From a phage: a DNA stretch of 49,912 nucleotides. Positions 30,266 through 39,413 of the stretch are shown in pieces. A program made the position numbers and the translations under genes. The notes beneath the pieces were generated by a model that did no database searches, had not been told where the DNA came from, and worked only from the letters and a program-made list of their open reading frames with translations. The DNA is taken from the sequence record OZ335956.1, one strand, 5' to 3'. Each line of letters opens with the position of its first letter. Positions within the stretch are counted from its first letter, which is position 1.

Positions 30266-30513
30266 TGAACGAAAAAATGATTCCGGTTAAGTTAACTGAG
30301 CAAGGCTTATGGCTTCTTTATCGCGCTACGTGCTGCGAAATCATGGAACAAAACGGATTGACGAAAGATGTTATTGGTTGCGACTTATGGGAGTTTACCA
30401 GTTCTCTTGATATGTCATTCGACGAGATAAAGAATGAACACATTGATTATTGGCCTTCGCTCATACAAAGAGACGTAGAAGAATTTAAATCTGATACGAT
30501 CGCACAGCACTAA
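30262..30513 (+). CDS. hypothetical protein
   Basis: ATG 30262 with RBS GAGGAAAG; ends at motif site. Confidence 0.5.
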   Translation: MMNEKMIPVKLTEQGLWLLYRATCCEIMEQNGLTKDVIGCDLWEFTSSLDMSFDEIKNEHIDYWPSLIQRDVEEFKSDTIAQH

Positions 30514-30519
30514 TTGCTA
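30505..30519. promoter_or_regulatory. palindromic motif site CAGCA-N5-TGCTA
   Basis: cagcactaattgcta followed by hairpin CCCGGC..GTCGGG and TATAGT. Confidence 0.5.
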
Positions 30520-30579
30520 AAACTACCCGGCGAAAGTCGGGTATAGTTATTTCATCGAAACGAAATGAGGAATCAGAAG

Positions 30580-30789
30580 ATGGCACGCATTAACGCAAAC
30601 TTTTTCAATATCGCCCAGCAGTCTGCAAAAATGGCCGTTCATATTACGAGTAAGCAAGGTGGCAACTTCGATTGGGATATTGCTATGAACTTCCTTAAAA
30701 TGTCTTATTACCGTTGCTCGGTTGAAGAAGTCGAATGCTTCATCTCTGACGTGGAGAAATTAACTAATGCTGATAAAAAAGCAAGGTAA
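30580..30789 (+). CDS. hypothetical protein
   Basis: ATG 30580 with RBS GAGGAA; 69 aa. Confidence 0.5.
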   Translation: MARINANFFNIAQQSAKMAVHITSKQGGNFDWDIAMNFLKMSYYRCSVEEVECFISDVEKLTNADKKAR

Positions 30790-31039
30790 GCGCGAAGTGT
30801 GGGAGCATGCAAAGGAATGCGGGATCTCAGGCGATATAGCACTAATCGCTAAATACTTCGATATAAAGGATGTTAGCATTATTTCAAACGGCAAGATTTC
30901 ATTTATGGAAGATATGCCGAGAAAAATGCATAGAGTACCAGCTACTCCATCGCTTGAGTTTTACCGTGAAGAAGGAAAGAGAATTGAACGAGAACGAAAA
31001 GCAGCAAAAAACATCAAGTCTTCCCGGCTTAAATATTAA
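30767..31039 (+). CDS. hypothetical protein (one of two overlapping frames)
   Basis: 90-aa ORF; overlaps 30870..31271 by 170 nt in another frame. Confidence 0.3.
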   Translation: MLIKKQGKREVWEHAKECGISGDIALIAKYFDIKDVSIISNGKISFMEDMPRKMHRVPATPSLEFYREEGKRIERERKAAKNIKSSRLKY

Positions 31040-31271
31040 TGCTGACGACTACCAGACAATATGGATCGGGAAAAAGCAGGTCAAGCAAATCCCCTTCTCT
31101 GATTGGTTGCCTCCTGACTTCGTTAACGTGCTTTGCACTATCGGGAACGATCAGGAATTGCACATTGGATATTATTCGCCAGGAAGAAACAGAATGATGC
31201 TTGAGGTTGACGGAAAGCTGGTTGAGTTCAAATCATCAGATCTAGGTTTCTGGTTAAAGGCTGTAGCGTGA
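30870..31271 (+). CDS. hypothetical protein (one of two overlapping frames)
   Basis: 133-aa ORF with AAGGA before ATG 30870. Confidence 0.35.
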   Translation: MLALFQTARFHLWKICREKCIEYQLLHRLSFTVKKERELNENEKQQKTSSLPGLNINADDYQTIWIGKKQVKQIPFSDWLPPDFVNVLCTIGNDQELHIGYYSPGRNRMMLEVDGKLVEFKSSDLGFWLKAVA

Positions 31272-31349
31272 AACTTTATTTTGCTGTAGTATTAACACCG
31301 CTAATTTCATTTTCAGTAATGTATTTCATTATCATGTAAGGGTTAAAAT

Positions 31350-32501
31350 ATGTCACAAGCTAAAATCACTACCGAGCAACTAATCGAAGAGCGCATGAAC
31401 GGCCTAACGCTTCGCGAGATCGCGGAAAAGTACGGTATGCATATCCGCACGGTTGAAGCGCGTCACGCCAAACTTGCAAAAGAAGGCCACTTTCACGGTA
31501 ACGAGCATGTTGCTAAAAACGTTCCAGAAGGCTTCATGGTTAAAGGTACATCAACGATGATTCGAGGTGATGGGACCGAAGTGGTCCGCTGGGTTAAGAC
31601 AGATCAGGATCGTGAGAAGATTGCCGCAATGATGGAAGCGGCTCGTATTGCATTCTGCGAAGACCTGCCGCGAGCAAAGCCAACCGAGCTACTCACCTCG
31701 CAAGGACTTACAACCGCGATCGGTAAGCTGGCGCTCTATCCGGTATTCGACCTTCACATCGGCGCGCTTGCTCACAAGCATGAGTGCGGAGAGAACTACT
31801 CTACCGACGTAGCTGAAAAAGTGCTGGGCGACTTCTTCAATTATGCGATCGATATCGCGCCAAATGCAGAGAAAGCCGTTCTGTTAATCGGCGGTGACTT
31901 CCTTCACTCTGACGGCCTTGACGCTGTAACCCCGGCAAGCGGTCACGTTCTGGATCAGGATTCACGATACGCTAAGTTGGTGCATGTAGCGATTCGATCG
32001 GTGCGACGAGCTATCGACAAAATGCTGACGAAACACAAAGAAGTCGAAGTCCAGGTCATTGAAGGAAACCACGACCAATCAGGAATGATTTGGCTGCGCG
32101 CTGCAATGGCTGCATACTATGAAGACGAGCCGCGAGTATTCGTTGACGTGAGTCCTATGATTCTGCATAAGACTCGCTGGGGCAATACCTTGCTGGGATA
32201 CACTCACGGTCACACGATGAAAAAGGCCGACATTCGACTTGCAGCAATGGCGGCAGACTTCCGCGCAGACTTCGGTGAAAGCAAATACGTGTACACGCAC
32301 AGCGGACACTGGCATCATCAGACAATCACTGAACACTCGTTAGGAATTGATGAGGTTCACGGGCAGTTAGGAGCGAAGGATGCATACGCCGCGCGAGGCG
32401 GGTGGCGCTCATATCGCCAAGCGGCGGTAATCGTTTACGACAAGCAATTTGGTGAGATAGGTCGATTCATCTATCGTCCAGAAATGACAGGATCGCACTA
32501 A
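31350..32501 (+). CDS. metallophosphoesterase with N-terminal HTH
   Basis: calcineurin-like motifs DLHIG, GGDFLH, GNHD, GHTH, GHWH; N-terminal LTLREIAEKYGMHIRTV resembles an HTH. Confidence 0.65.
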   Translation: MSQAKITTEQLIEERMNGLTLREIAEKYGMHIRTVEARHAKLAKEGHFHGNEHVAKNVPEGFMVKGTSTMIRGDGTEVVRWVKTDQDREKIAAMMEAARIAFCEDLPRAKPTELLTSQGLTTAIGKLALYPVFDLHIGALAHKHECGENYSTDVAEKVLGDFFNYAIDIAPNAEKAVLLIGGDFLHSDGLDAVTPASGHVLDQDSRYAKLVHVAIRSVRRAIDKMLTKHKEVEVQVIEGNHDQSGMIWLRAAMAAYYEDEPRVFVDVSPMILHKTRWGNTLLGYTHGHTMKKADIRLAAMAADFRADFGESKYVYTHSGHWHHQTITEHSLGIDEVHGQLGAKDAYAARGGWRSYRQAAVIVYDKQFGEIGRFIYRPEMTGSH

Positions 32502-32507
32502 TTGCTA
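32493..32507. promoter_or_regulatory. palindromic motif site (degenerate left half) TCGCA-N5-TGCTA
   Basis: tcgcactaattgcta followed by hairpin CCCGAA..TTCGGG and CATAGT. Confidence 0.45.
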
Positions 32508-32565
32508 AAAACGCCCGAAGGGATTCGGGCATAGTAACCACATCGAAAACAAATAGGTAATATCA

Positions 32566-32742
32566 TGAAACGTGTTAAATGCATCCGAAATGATTCCAAA
32601 ACTCTTCCATTCCGCGTAAATCAGATCTATAGTGTGGGTTATGATTTCGGTGGTGGATTATTTGAGATTTACGACGGTCGAGGCTCTTCAATCCAAGCAC
32701 CTCTGAACGGTCACTACCTGGAATTTATTGCAATAGATTAAC
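32566..32742 (+). CDS. small hypothetical protein (58 aa, below track cutoff)
   Basis: ATG 32566 downstream of a complete motif-hairpin module; open to TAA 32740-32742. Confidence 0.45.
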
Positions 32743-32763
32743 AATATCATTCATCAACTTACT

Positions 32764-32795
32764 GGCTGGCATGGTTTACATGCTGGCCTTTTGTC
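32764..32795 (+). terminator. terminator-like hairpin
   Basis: GGCUGGCAUG..CAUGCUGGCC with two G-U pairs, followed by TTTTG. Confidence 0.3.
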
Positions 32796-32859
32796 GTTGT
32801 ATCAAATAAATTTGAAGGTTAAAATCGACTCACTTGTTCAAAAAATATATGGTGAGATT

Positions 32860-33075
32860 ATGAAAGAATTTTTAACCGCAGCGACGTCAAGCACGGGCGG
32901 CGCTTCTCTTGTCGGGGCAGCTACCGGGCAACTTTACATTGCTGGCGCTACATTCATTTGCTTTCTGCTTTTTGGTGTGTGGGGAGCGTACTGGAAGTAT
33001 CGTGATAGCAAGGCGATTCAGGAAGCGTTAAACGATGGCGATCTAAATAAGGCACTTAAGATCAGGGGGAGATAA
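32860..33075 (+). CDS. holin (putative, 71 aa)
   Basis: ATG 32860 with RBS GGTGAG; hydrophobic core with charged C-terminus; immediately upstream of and overlapping endolysin start. Confidence 0.6.
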   Translation: MKEFLTAATSSTGGASLVGAATGQLYIAGATFICFLLFGVWGAYWKYRDSKAIQEALNDGDLNKALKIRGR

Positions 33076-33563
33076 TGAGCTTAAAAAATAACGTTATAGG
33101 CGCATCGATCGGGGCTGCTTTGACGTTGACGCCTACCCTGCTGGAACGAATCGAAGGGATAGAATACGAGGTGTATTACGATATCGCCGGAGTCCCTACC
33201 GTATGCAGCGGAATAACCGGGCCGGACGTCATACCTGGTAAGAAATACACTAAGCGAGAATGCGATGCATTACTGATAAAACATATCGGCGTCGCTCAGC
33301 GATACGTTGACAAAAAGGTGAATGTTGATATTCCGGTAACGATGCGCGCGTCACTGTACAGCTTCACTTTCAACGTTGGTACTGGCGCGTTCGGATCTTC
33401 TACAATGCTTAAGCTAATAAATCAGAGTAAGCACAAGGAAGCGTGCAATCAGTTATGGCGATGGGTATACTACCACAACCCAAAAACAAAAAAGCGAGAA
33501 GTGTCTAGAGGACTTAAGAACCGACGCGCTGAAGAATACGCGTATTGCGTTAAGGAATTATGA
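33075..33563 (+). CDS. endolysin (lysozyme-like)
   Basis: 162 aa; N-terminal E...D...T-type catalytic region ([23 protein letters not shown]) typical of phage lysozymes. Confidence 0.75.
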   Translation: MSLKNNVIGASIGAALTLTPTLLERIEGIEYEVYYDIAGVPTVCSGITGPDVIPGKKYTKRECDALLIKHIGVAQRYVDKKVNVDIPVTMRASLYSFTFNVGTGAFGSSTMLKLINQSKHKEACNQLWRWVYYHNPKTKKREVSRGLKNRRAEEYAYCVKEL

Positions 33564-33964
33564 TGAAACTGAAGAAAACGTGCATTGCGATTGCATTGGC
33601 TTTTGGTGTTATTTCCCTATCCGGTTGCTCGACGGCATCTGCCCTGAGCGGTTTAATCGGATCTAAACCGGAAGTTACAGCACAAATCGGAGAGGAGAAC
33701 ACAAAGCAATTAGCAGGAGTAACCGCAAAATCCGAAGATAAGCGAGATGTTAAAGTTGATAAGTCCAATGTAGGAAAGATTGACTCTTCCTTGAAGAAGT
33801 CAATTGAAGTGTCAACCATTAAGGCTAACACGGTTAACGCTGAAAGCATCACAGTAACAAAACCGGAAAACTGGTACGATGCTATCGTTGGCTGGATTCT
33901 CGTTTTTATCGGTCTATTGCTGGTTTATTTTTCACTTCGTAAGGACGAAAAAAAGGAGGCTTAG
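33560..33964 (+). CDS. unimolecular spanin (lipoprotein with C-terminal transmembrane anchor)
   Basis: signal peptide with lipobox LSGC plus C-terminal transmembrane helix ([13 protein letters not shown]); same architecture and position as the T1 gp11 u-spanin. Confidence 0.65.
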   Translation: MMKLKKTCIAIALAFGVISLSGCSTASALSGLIGSKPEVTAQIGEENTKQLAGVTAKSEDKRDVKVDKSNVGKIDSSLKKSIEVSTIKANTVNAESITVTKPENWYDAIVGWILVFIGLLLVYFSLRKDEKKEA

Positions 33965-33976
33965 CCTCCTTTGTTA
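33953..33976. terminator. bidirectional terminator between convergent lysis and leftward early genes
   Basis: GGAGGCTTAGCCTCC flanked by A-run and TTTGTTATTTG. Confidence 0.5.
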
Positions 33977-34085
33977 TTTGTACCTTTTGACGTGGAGTAG
34001 CAACTCACCTTCCTGATCGCAAAGATTGTGCTCACTGTCGTTGTTGGCCCTCATTGAAGTGAGCAACAGACTCAACAACCCTTGC

Positions 34086-34493
34086 TCAAATTCTTCTTTC
34101 GTAAGCTGGAGCCTTGCGCACAATTCGACGTTCCGATCTATCAACGTTTCTACGTTCGCTAAACAAGTCTTCATCACTCATTTCTCCAATGTGCATCATT
34201 TCCCATGTATATCGATTGTTGTAGCCATCAATACACATCAGCTTCATCATTACCGGGCGCTTAATCTTTCCCTTGCACCAGTAAAATCCATCTTTGCAAT
34301 CAAGATAACCCTCAGTTACACAGCGTGAGCAAAACTCCTTAGATAGCGCGCTTGTAAATTCACGGCGAGTCATCCCGGCGGCCTTAGCGAATCGCTCACT
34401 TTCCTTGTGGGCGTATATAAATTTCGCTATGTGCTGTCGGGTGTATTTGTCGTATCCTTCGCAGAACCGGAACAGATCTAAAAGAAGAAGCAT
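34086..34493 (-). CDS. hypothetical Cys-rich protein
   Basis: 135-aa ORF translationally coupled to upstream gene. Confidence 0.5.
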   Translation of the reverse strand: MLLLLDLFRFCEGYDKYTRQHIAKFIYAHKESERFAKAAGMTRREFTSALSKEFCSRCVTEGYLDCKDGFYWCKGKIKRPVMMKLMCIDGYNNRYTWEMMHIGEMSDEDLFSERRNVDRSERRIVRKAPAYERRI

Positions 34494-34497
34494 ATAA

Positions 34498-36066
34498 TTA
34501 ACCCATCAGTCGAGGATTGATGAAAACAATATCATCAATGCGGCAAGTGTAGTTCATCTCTTCGAGCGTGATCAGCAGACTGTCGATTCGCTCAGCTACC
34601 TTCTGCTGACCGTTGAACGGAGTAACGTTCCGACACTTCGCTACAATGCTATGAATCGGTGCGCGGCCTTTGTTCTTCTTCGCGATCTCAGTGATAACAT
34701 CAATCAGTTTACGGGATTCAGCCTCATCACCAGCATATCCGGCAGCACTGGCAGAAGAAAGATAAGTCCTGGAAAGCTCATTGAAAATCATAATCGCTTC
34801 CTGCATTGTTTCGAGATCAATCTCACGATTAGCTCGGTTCGGTGATTCACCCTCCCAATTCTTGATCGTGTGAAGAACTGAGGCGATACGCAGAGCGTGC
34901 TTATCGAACTTTCCGAGATGACCGCGCAGCATTGAGTGAGAGTATTTCCCCCCGGCGGCGAAATCCGGTTCCATAGCCTGACGCGCCAGGTTTAATTCAC
35001 GCATAGCATTACGGCTTACAGAGAGAACAACGTTTTCCTCCTTCATGATGTTATGCACGAGTCGATAATATTTGCTAACCAGTCCGCGATCGACTTCCTT
35101 ATACAGTGCATCACCATTTTCATCGCACAGAATACGAGTACCTAAAAGCGGTTCCTCACGAACTAACAAGAAGCGCTCAGATACACCGATACCTCGTTGG
35201 CCTGCGTCCATGATACCCTTGATTGTTTCATCCTGAGCAATTACGCAGATCGAACCTACCGGGCACAGGGACAAGTTATTGTCCTGGTTGGATCGAGCGA
35301 CCTCCATGTGGTTTTTATCCCACGCCTTAAGGATAAGTTCACTGTTGGATTTCTTATCTGAACCTCCATACGTCAGTCCAAGCAATGTATTGATTGCCGT
35401 TGCTTCATCAGAGATTACGGAGAAGTGACCTTGAACAGCCGCCACTTTCGCCAGACCTTCGGGTGTAGGATCTGATACCGCGAAAACAATATCAGCCATC
35501 TTCTTGATCTTCTCTTCCAGTTTCTCTTTGTCTTCGTACAGAGCCGCAGTCGTGTTACCCTTCTGGTCGTTCTTGATTTCCTTCTCAACCTGACGTAGCT
35601 GACTGGTTAAACGGATACGCTCCTTTTTGCGTTCTTCATTCAGTCGCTGAATCTCCGCGCGCATAGGAGTAATTGCCGCTGAGTTAATCGCTGATTTACC
35701 CGTTGACGGCGGCTGACTGATTACCATATAAAGCGCGGTCGGTTGTTCTTCGCCGTGATATTGCACCCAAAACTTCCCGAGCATCGCGGCTGAGATGCAA
35801 CCGATGAAATGAGCGTACGCAGACGAAACCGGGAACTGAACTGACTCAGCCTTCGCCTTTGCATATTCGAATACCAGGTTATCGCCACCTAACGAAATCA
35901 GCGGGAACTTATCGTTGCCGCTATTGATATCGATCGGGTCTTGCCAAAACGAAACTGAATCCCCATAACTGTTTTCACGAATTGCGATCGCCACCGGATT
36001 AACTCCAGTGCTATTGGCGATCTCAATAATCTGTTGGTAATTAAGTTTTGGCTTAATATTAAACAT
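34498..36066 (-). CDS. P-loop NTPase-like protein (putative replication or recombination ATPase)
   Basis: start MFNIKPK with RBS AAGGAG; Walker-A-like QPPSTGKSA; ~522 aa. Confidence 0.5.
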   Translation of the reverse strand: MFNIKPKLNYQQIIEIANSTGVNPVAIAIRENSYGDSVSFWQDPIDINSGNDKFPLISLGGDNLVFEYAKAKAESVQFPVSSAYAHFIGCISAAMLGKFWVQYHGEEQPTALYMVISQPPSTGKSAINSAAITPMRAEIQRLNEERKKERIRLTSQLRQVEKEIKNDQKGNTTAALYEDKEKLEEKIKKMADIVFAVSDPTPEGLAKVAAVQGHFSVISDEATAINTLLGLTYGGSDKKSNSELILKAWDKNHMEVARSNQDNNLSLCPVGSICVIAQDETIKGIMDAGQRGIGVSERFLLVREEPLLGTRILCDENGDALYKEVDRGLVSKYYRLVHNIMKEENVVLSVSRNAMRELNLARQAMEPDFAAGGKYSHSMLRGHLGKFDKHALRIASVLHTIKNWEGESPNRANREIDLETMQEAIMIFNELSRTYLSSASAAGYAGDEAESRKLIDVITEIAKKNKGRAPIHSIVAKCRNVTPFNGQQKVAERIDSLLITLEEMNYTCRIDDIVFINPRLMG

Positions 36067-36123
36067 CACAATGAACTCCTTAGTTGACGGTGTAAATGAT
36101 ACACCGCCAATGGTACACGCGTT

Positions 36124-36138
36124 TTGCAAAAAGTGCTA
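36124..36138. promoter_or_regulatory. palindromic motif site
   Basis: ttgcaaaaagtgcta (- strand reads atagcactttttgcaa). Confidence 0.5.
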
Positions 36139-36142
36139 TTAG

Positions 36143-36559
36143 TTATAAGTATTTGGCCTCAAAGGTTGTGCCGTCCGCGATGCTGAATCCAACCTCTTCG
36201 CGAAACAGCGTCCAGCGATATCCATCCTCATCAAAGATGTAGCCAGCCACTCCACCAAGCGCACGACCGCTTTCCACCTGGTAGCGCTTTCCAACCTTGA
36301 ATGATTTTTTCATGGGGTTGCGATGTTCAAGCCCGGTGCACTTTAGCGTCTTGGTTTTAAGTTCAGTGAACTTCGCGAAGTAGATTTCATCAGATCCGTG
36401 AATCTGTAATTCATCGTGTTTCTCAAGTTTTAAATACTTTCCGCATTTTAATTTAATTTCGCGAGTTCCGTCGTAACGCTCACGACCTTTATACAGATTG
36501 TTTACTTCGAAGCCTGTGATTTTTTCTGCGGAAGTGCATTTCAGTTTGATGGATTTCAT
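36143..36559 (-). CDS. hypothetical protein
   Basis: start MKSIKLK with leader accaatcaggag; 138 aa. Confidence 0.5.
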   Translation of the reverse strand: MKSIKLKCTSAEKITGFEVNNLYKGRERYDGTREIKLKCGKYLKLEKHDELQIHGSDEIYFAKFTELKTKTLKCTGLEHRNPMKKSFKVGKRYQVESGRALGGVAGYIFDEDGYRWTLFREEVGFSIADGTTFEAKYL

Positions 36560-36623
36560 TGCGCTCACTCCTGATTGGTTTTCTTGAATAAGGCCACTTT
36601 ATCAAATGACCTTACGGCAATAT

Positions 36624-36638
36624 TAACAAATCGTGCTA
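36624..36638. promoter_or_regulatory. palindromic motif site
   Basis: taacaaatcgtgcta; - strand module homologous to the one at 44093. Confidence 0.55.
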
Positions 36639-36639
36639 T

Positions 36640-36849
36640 TTACCAGGGAATATAATCTTCGTCGTCCTCATGAGTATCATCACCAGGTAACTCAAAATTG
36701 GGATCGTATTCGCTTTCGGCATCCATATCCATATTTCCCAAAGCCTCGTCAAGCGTAATTTCTTTATATGCAACCTTGATACACCATTCAGCACCAAGCC
36801 CGGCATCAAGAGCGGCAAAATAACGAGTCCAGAAATTATCCTGTTCCAT
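36640..36849 (-). CDS. small acidic protein with SSB-tail-like C-terminus
   Basis: 69 aa; ends GDDTHEDDEDYIPW. Confidence 0.5.
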   Translation of the reverse strand: MEQDNFWTRYFAALDAGLGAEWCIKVAYKEITLDEALGNMDMDAESEYDPNFELPGDDTHEDDEDYIPW

Positions 36850-36853
36850 TAAA

Positions 36854-37078
36854 TTAACTCCATGAATTAATGTAAATTGAGTTAGCCTCAAGCGTTGCGC
36901 GGACGTCGGCATCTGTTGCATTTACTAAGCGCGAGCCTGGCGTGCTGCCAATAACGTTATTACCGTTGCGAGTTTTAGTTACCGTCATTGAAATAAAACC
37001 GGAAGACTTATCCATTTTAATAACTACACGACCTTTAGCGTTCAGGTGCTTGATGATATTCTCAACTTTAATGCTCAT
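36854..37078 (-). CDS. hypothetical protein
   Basis: start MSIKVEN with RBS AAGGAA; 74 aa. Confidence 0.5.
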   Translation of the reverse strand: MSIKVENIIKHLNAKGRVVIKMDKSSGFISMTVTKTRNGNNVIGSTPGSRLVNATDADVRATLEANSIYINSWS

Positions 37079-37140
37079 TTCTAATTCCTTTGTTTCGTTT
37101 GGTGTGGGAGTAATATATATCACTCCCGATTGTATGTCTT

Positions 37141-37155
37141 TAGCAATTCGTGCTA
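37141..37155. promoter_or_regulatory. palindromic motif site, perfect TAGCA-N5-TGCTA
   Basis: tagcaattcgtgcta. Confidence 0.55.
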
Positions 37156-37295
37156 TCAGTACTCAGAAATTACTTTGCACTCTTTGATTGTTCCACCCAA
37201 AACTACTTTCTGCATCATTGCTTTTTGGTGGCTATCGTAAACGCGAACATTTTTTACGCTATTAAATTTACCCGTATAGAAGGTGTGAATATAAA

Positions 37296-37616
37296 TCATT
37301 TTTTACCGTCCCACGTTTGATATGCTGTAACCAGGTTGATGCTATGGTCGAACTCGTCAATGCTCAGCGATCCGATTCGAACCAGTTCTTTGTCATGCTT
37401 AATATCAATCATCCGGCTATATGGATGACCTGGCACATATTTAAATAGTCTCTTGCTGTCGGCAATATCAGCGTTGATTCCATAGAATCGGCCTACTGCC
37501 GCCTTCACGCGTTCCATGATGTTTTTTTCGTGGATTGCAGCCGCGTTATTCAATGCCGCGACAGTGCTCCCGTTAATCTTCGGTGACTTGGTTGTGATCT
37601 TGTAAGTGTGGTTCAT
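37296..37616 (-). CDS. hypothetical protein
   Basis: start MNHTYKI with RBS AGGGGG; 106 aa. Confidence 0.5.
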   Translation of the reverse strand: MNHTYKITTKSPKINGSTVAALNNAAAIHEKNIMERVKAAVGRFYGINADIADSKRLFKYVPGHPYSRMIDIKHDKELVRIGSLSIDEFDHSINLVTAYQTWDGKK

Positions 37617-37632
37617 TATTCCCCCTAACCGT

Positions 37633-37833
37633 TCAGGATAGCTTTTGTGCTTCGTAAATGATAACAGGTTCAAGACGTTCAAGTCGAACGCGGAACGTGT
37701 TCATGAATCCTTCGTTGTTCTTCAGCGATTCGAAGGCGTCTGTAGCTTCGATTGCGCTATCCCCCATGTAGGCAACTACGCTCTTTTGCGTCTCTCGCGA
37801 GATCGCAACAACTCGGTAGATATAATCACTCAT
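37633..37833 (-). CDS. hypothetical protein
   Basis: start MSDYIYR with RBS AAGGAGG; 66 aa. Confidence 0.5.
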   Translation of the reverse strand: MSDYIYRVVAISRETQKSVVAYMGDSAIEATDAFESLKNNEGFMNTFRVRLERLEPVIIYEAQKLS

Positions 37834-38197
37834 ACAATGCCTCCTTAACACGATCCGCAATGCAGGAGTTTACGGTGATTGAGTAGTTCGCCACTCCCCA
37901 CAGTGCAATATTTCCTAACTCAGTGCGCATAGATGGATTGTTAAGCTGAATGATTGTTTCTCCAGTATCGTTATCGACGAAGCGAGATACTCCTAAATGG
38001 TCCACCACGCGCGTTACTCTGTTCACACACTCCATTGCATCACTTACACCATAATAGGCGCTCAGAGCGGCTCTCACAGCCTTCTCTTGCTTGTTGTAAA
38101 TCTTGCGCGCGATGTTATCGATCGCTACGTGCTCTTTCTCGTCAGTCTGGATTGCCGTGCTTGCTGTGAAGTCCAGGTCAGTGAACTGCTTAAACAT
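37826..38197 (-). CDS. hypothetical protein
   Basis: start MFKQFTD with RBS GAGGAAA; 123 aa. Confidence 0.5.
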   Translation of the reverse strand: MFKQFTDLDFTASTAIQTDEKEHVAIDNIARKIYNKQEKAVRAALSAYYGVSDAMECVNRVTRVVDHLGVSRFVDNDTGETIIQLNNPSMRTELGNIALWGVANYSITVNSCIADRVKEALYE

Positions 38198-38255
38198 GAT
38201 TCTTTCCTCATTTGCTGTTGATGGGATGACTATACCAGCCATCCCGGATGCGCGT

Positions 38256-38270
38256 TTAGCAATTCGTGCT
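38256..38270. promoter_or_regulatory. palindromic motif site, perfect TAGCA-N5-TGCTA
   Basis: tagcaattcgtgcta. Confidence 0.55.
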
Positions 38271-38271
38271 A

Positions 38272-38607
38272 TTAAGCAATATCGAACTCAGCGGCATATG
38301 CTTCCTTGAAGCCAGCTTCACGCATGGTGCGCTTGCTGATTTTGCGCTGGAATTTGTACTGGCTGTTAGGCATAACCCACCAGAAGCAGGCAGTTTCACG
38401 AACGATTTCATATTTACCGTAACGGGTGAAGGTGTCGCGTTCCATATCCGGCTGATTTACACAGGTCAGGAATTTAGCTGCCTTGTCTTCAGTTTTGATT
38501 TCTTCCCACACGAAGGAATCCATACCGTTAACCTTGCAAGCTACCATGATGTACTCAACGCCGTTTTCGATTTTGATGATTTCGTTACCGCGATTTTCGT
38601 ATTTCAT
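38272..38607 (-). CDS. hypothetical protein
   Basis: 111 aa with leader caggaacaggaaaATG. Confidence 0.5.
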   Translation of the reverse strand: MKYENRGNEIIKIENGVEYIMVACKVNGMDSFVWEEIKTEDKAAKFLTCVNQPDMERDTFTRYGKYEIVRETACFWWVMPNSQYKFQRKISKRTMREAGFKEAYAAEFDIA

Positions 38608-38672
38608 TTTCCTGTTCCTGATGTGTATCTCGTTTCGATGAGGTAATTATGCCAAATCACACCGATCGAGTT

Positions 38673-39377
38673 TTAACAAAAAGTGCTATTTGCGATCGCT
38701 TTGAAAAATCCCCTGGGTGATAGCGATCGTATCAGCTTGGTCTTTGCAGACTTGCCGCCCAGCTTGTTCTGCTGCGCAGAGTACCCGTCAGGCAGATTTA
38801 CTGGTTTTCTCTCCGGCATGACAAAGTCATCCGAGGTCCACAGGCACGTCTTCTTCGGGTAAGCATCGCGCGGCGCAATATACATCGGGAACCAGGGGTG
38901 TACGTCATTCTCCGGTAGATAGCCGCCATACTCCCAGGGGTCGAAAGTGTGGTCAGCTTTACGCCAGGCAGATGAAAGAACGCTCACCGGATTCTCAATG
39001 ATGTAAGTCACGCCCAGGCTATCGCCAATGTTCGCAGCAATCCGGGCGGTGGCAACAGCTTTCTCCTGGAATAGCGGATCACGTTCACGCTTGCTGGCAA
39101 AATGACGAGCGCCGCTAACAGCCAGGTCAGTGCACGGCGGGAATGCCATAATGAAATCCGGCTTGCCATACACACCCGCGATCGCATCTCGCTCGAACTT
39201 CTCACCAATGAAGACGTTCACATACTCAATATTCGGATGCTCCACCCGGGCATTGTGCTTTGCATAATCTCCGTGATCGGCTCCGTCAAAGTTGAAGCAC
39301 ATCACCTTATAGCCTTGCTTTGCCAGTTCATGACCAGCCAGGCCGGAACCGTCGAATAGTGACCAGATTAATTTCAT
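38673..39377 (-). CDS. compact DNA (cytosine-5)-methyltransferase-like protein (putative)
   Basis: 234 aa; motif I-like LFDGSGLAG, motif IV-like FPPCTDLAVSG, motif VI-like IENPVS. Confidence 0.45.
   Translation of the reverse strand: MKLIWSLFDGSGLAGHELAKQGYKVMCFNFDGADHGDYAKHNARVEHPNIEYVNVFIGEKFERDAIAGVYGKPDFIMAFPPCTDLAVSGARHFASKRERDPLFQEKAVATARIAANIGDSLGVTYIIENPVSVLSSAWRKADHTFDPWEYGGYLPENDVHPWFPMYIAPRDAYPKKTCLWTSDDFVMPERKPVNLPDGYSAQQNKLGGKSAKTKLIRSLSPRGFFKAIANSTFC
38674..38688. promoter_or_regulatory. palindromic motif site
   Basis: taacaaaaagtgcta. Confidence 0.55.
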
Positions 39378-39413
39378 TTGTTGCATTCTCCTGATTAACC
39401 TTATCGCTTACCC

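Noticed and set aside
33974-34177. 67-aa - strand ORF between the bidirectional terminator and the 34086..34493 gene
   Set aside because: Overlaps the 3' end of the upstream gene by about 90 nt in another frame and has no clear RBS; kept as unresolved, not called as a gene
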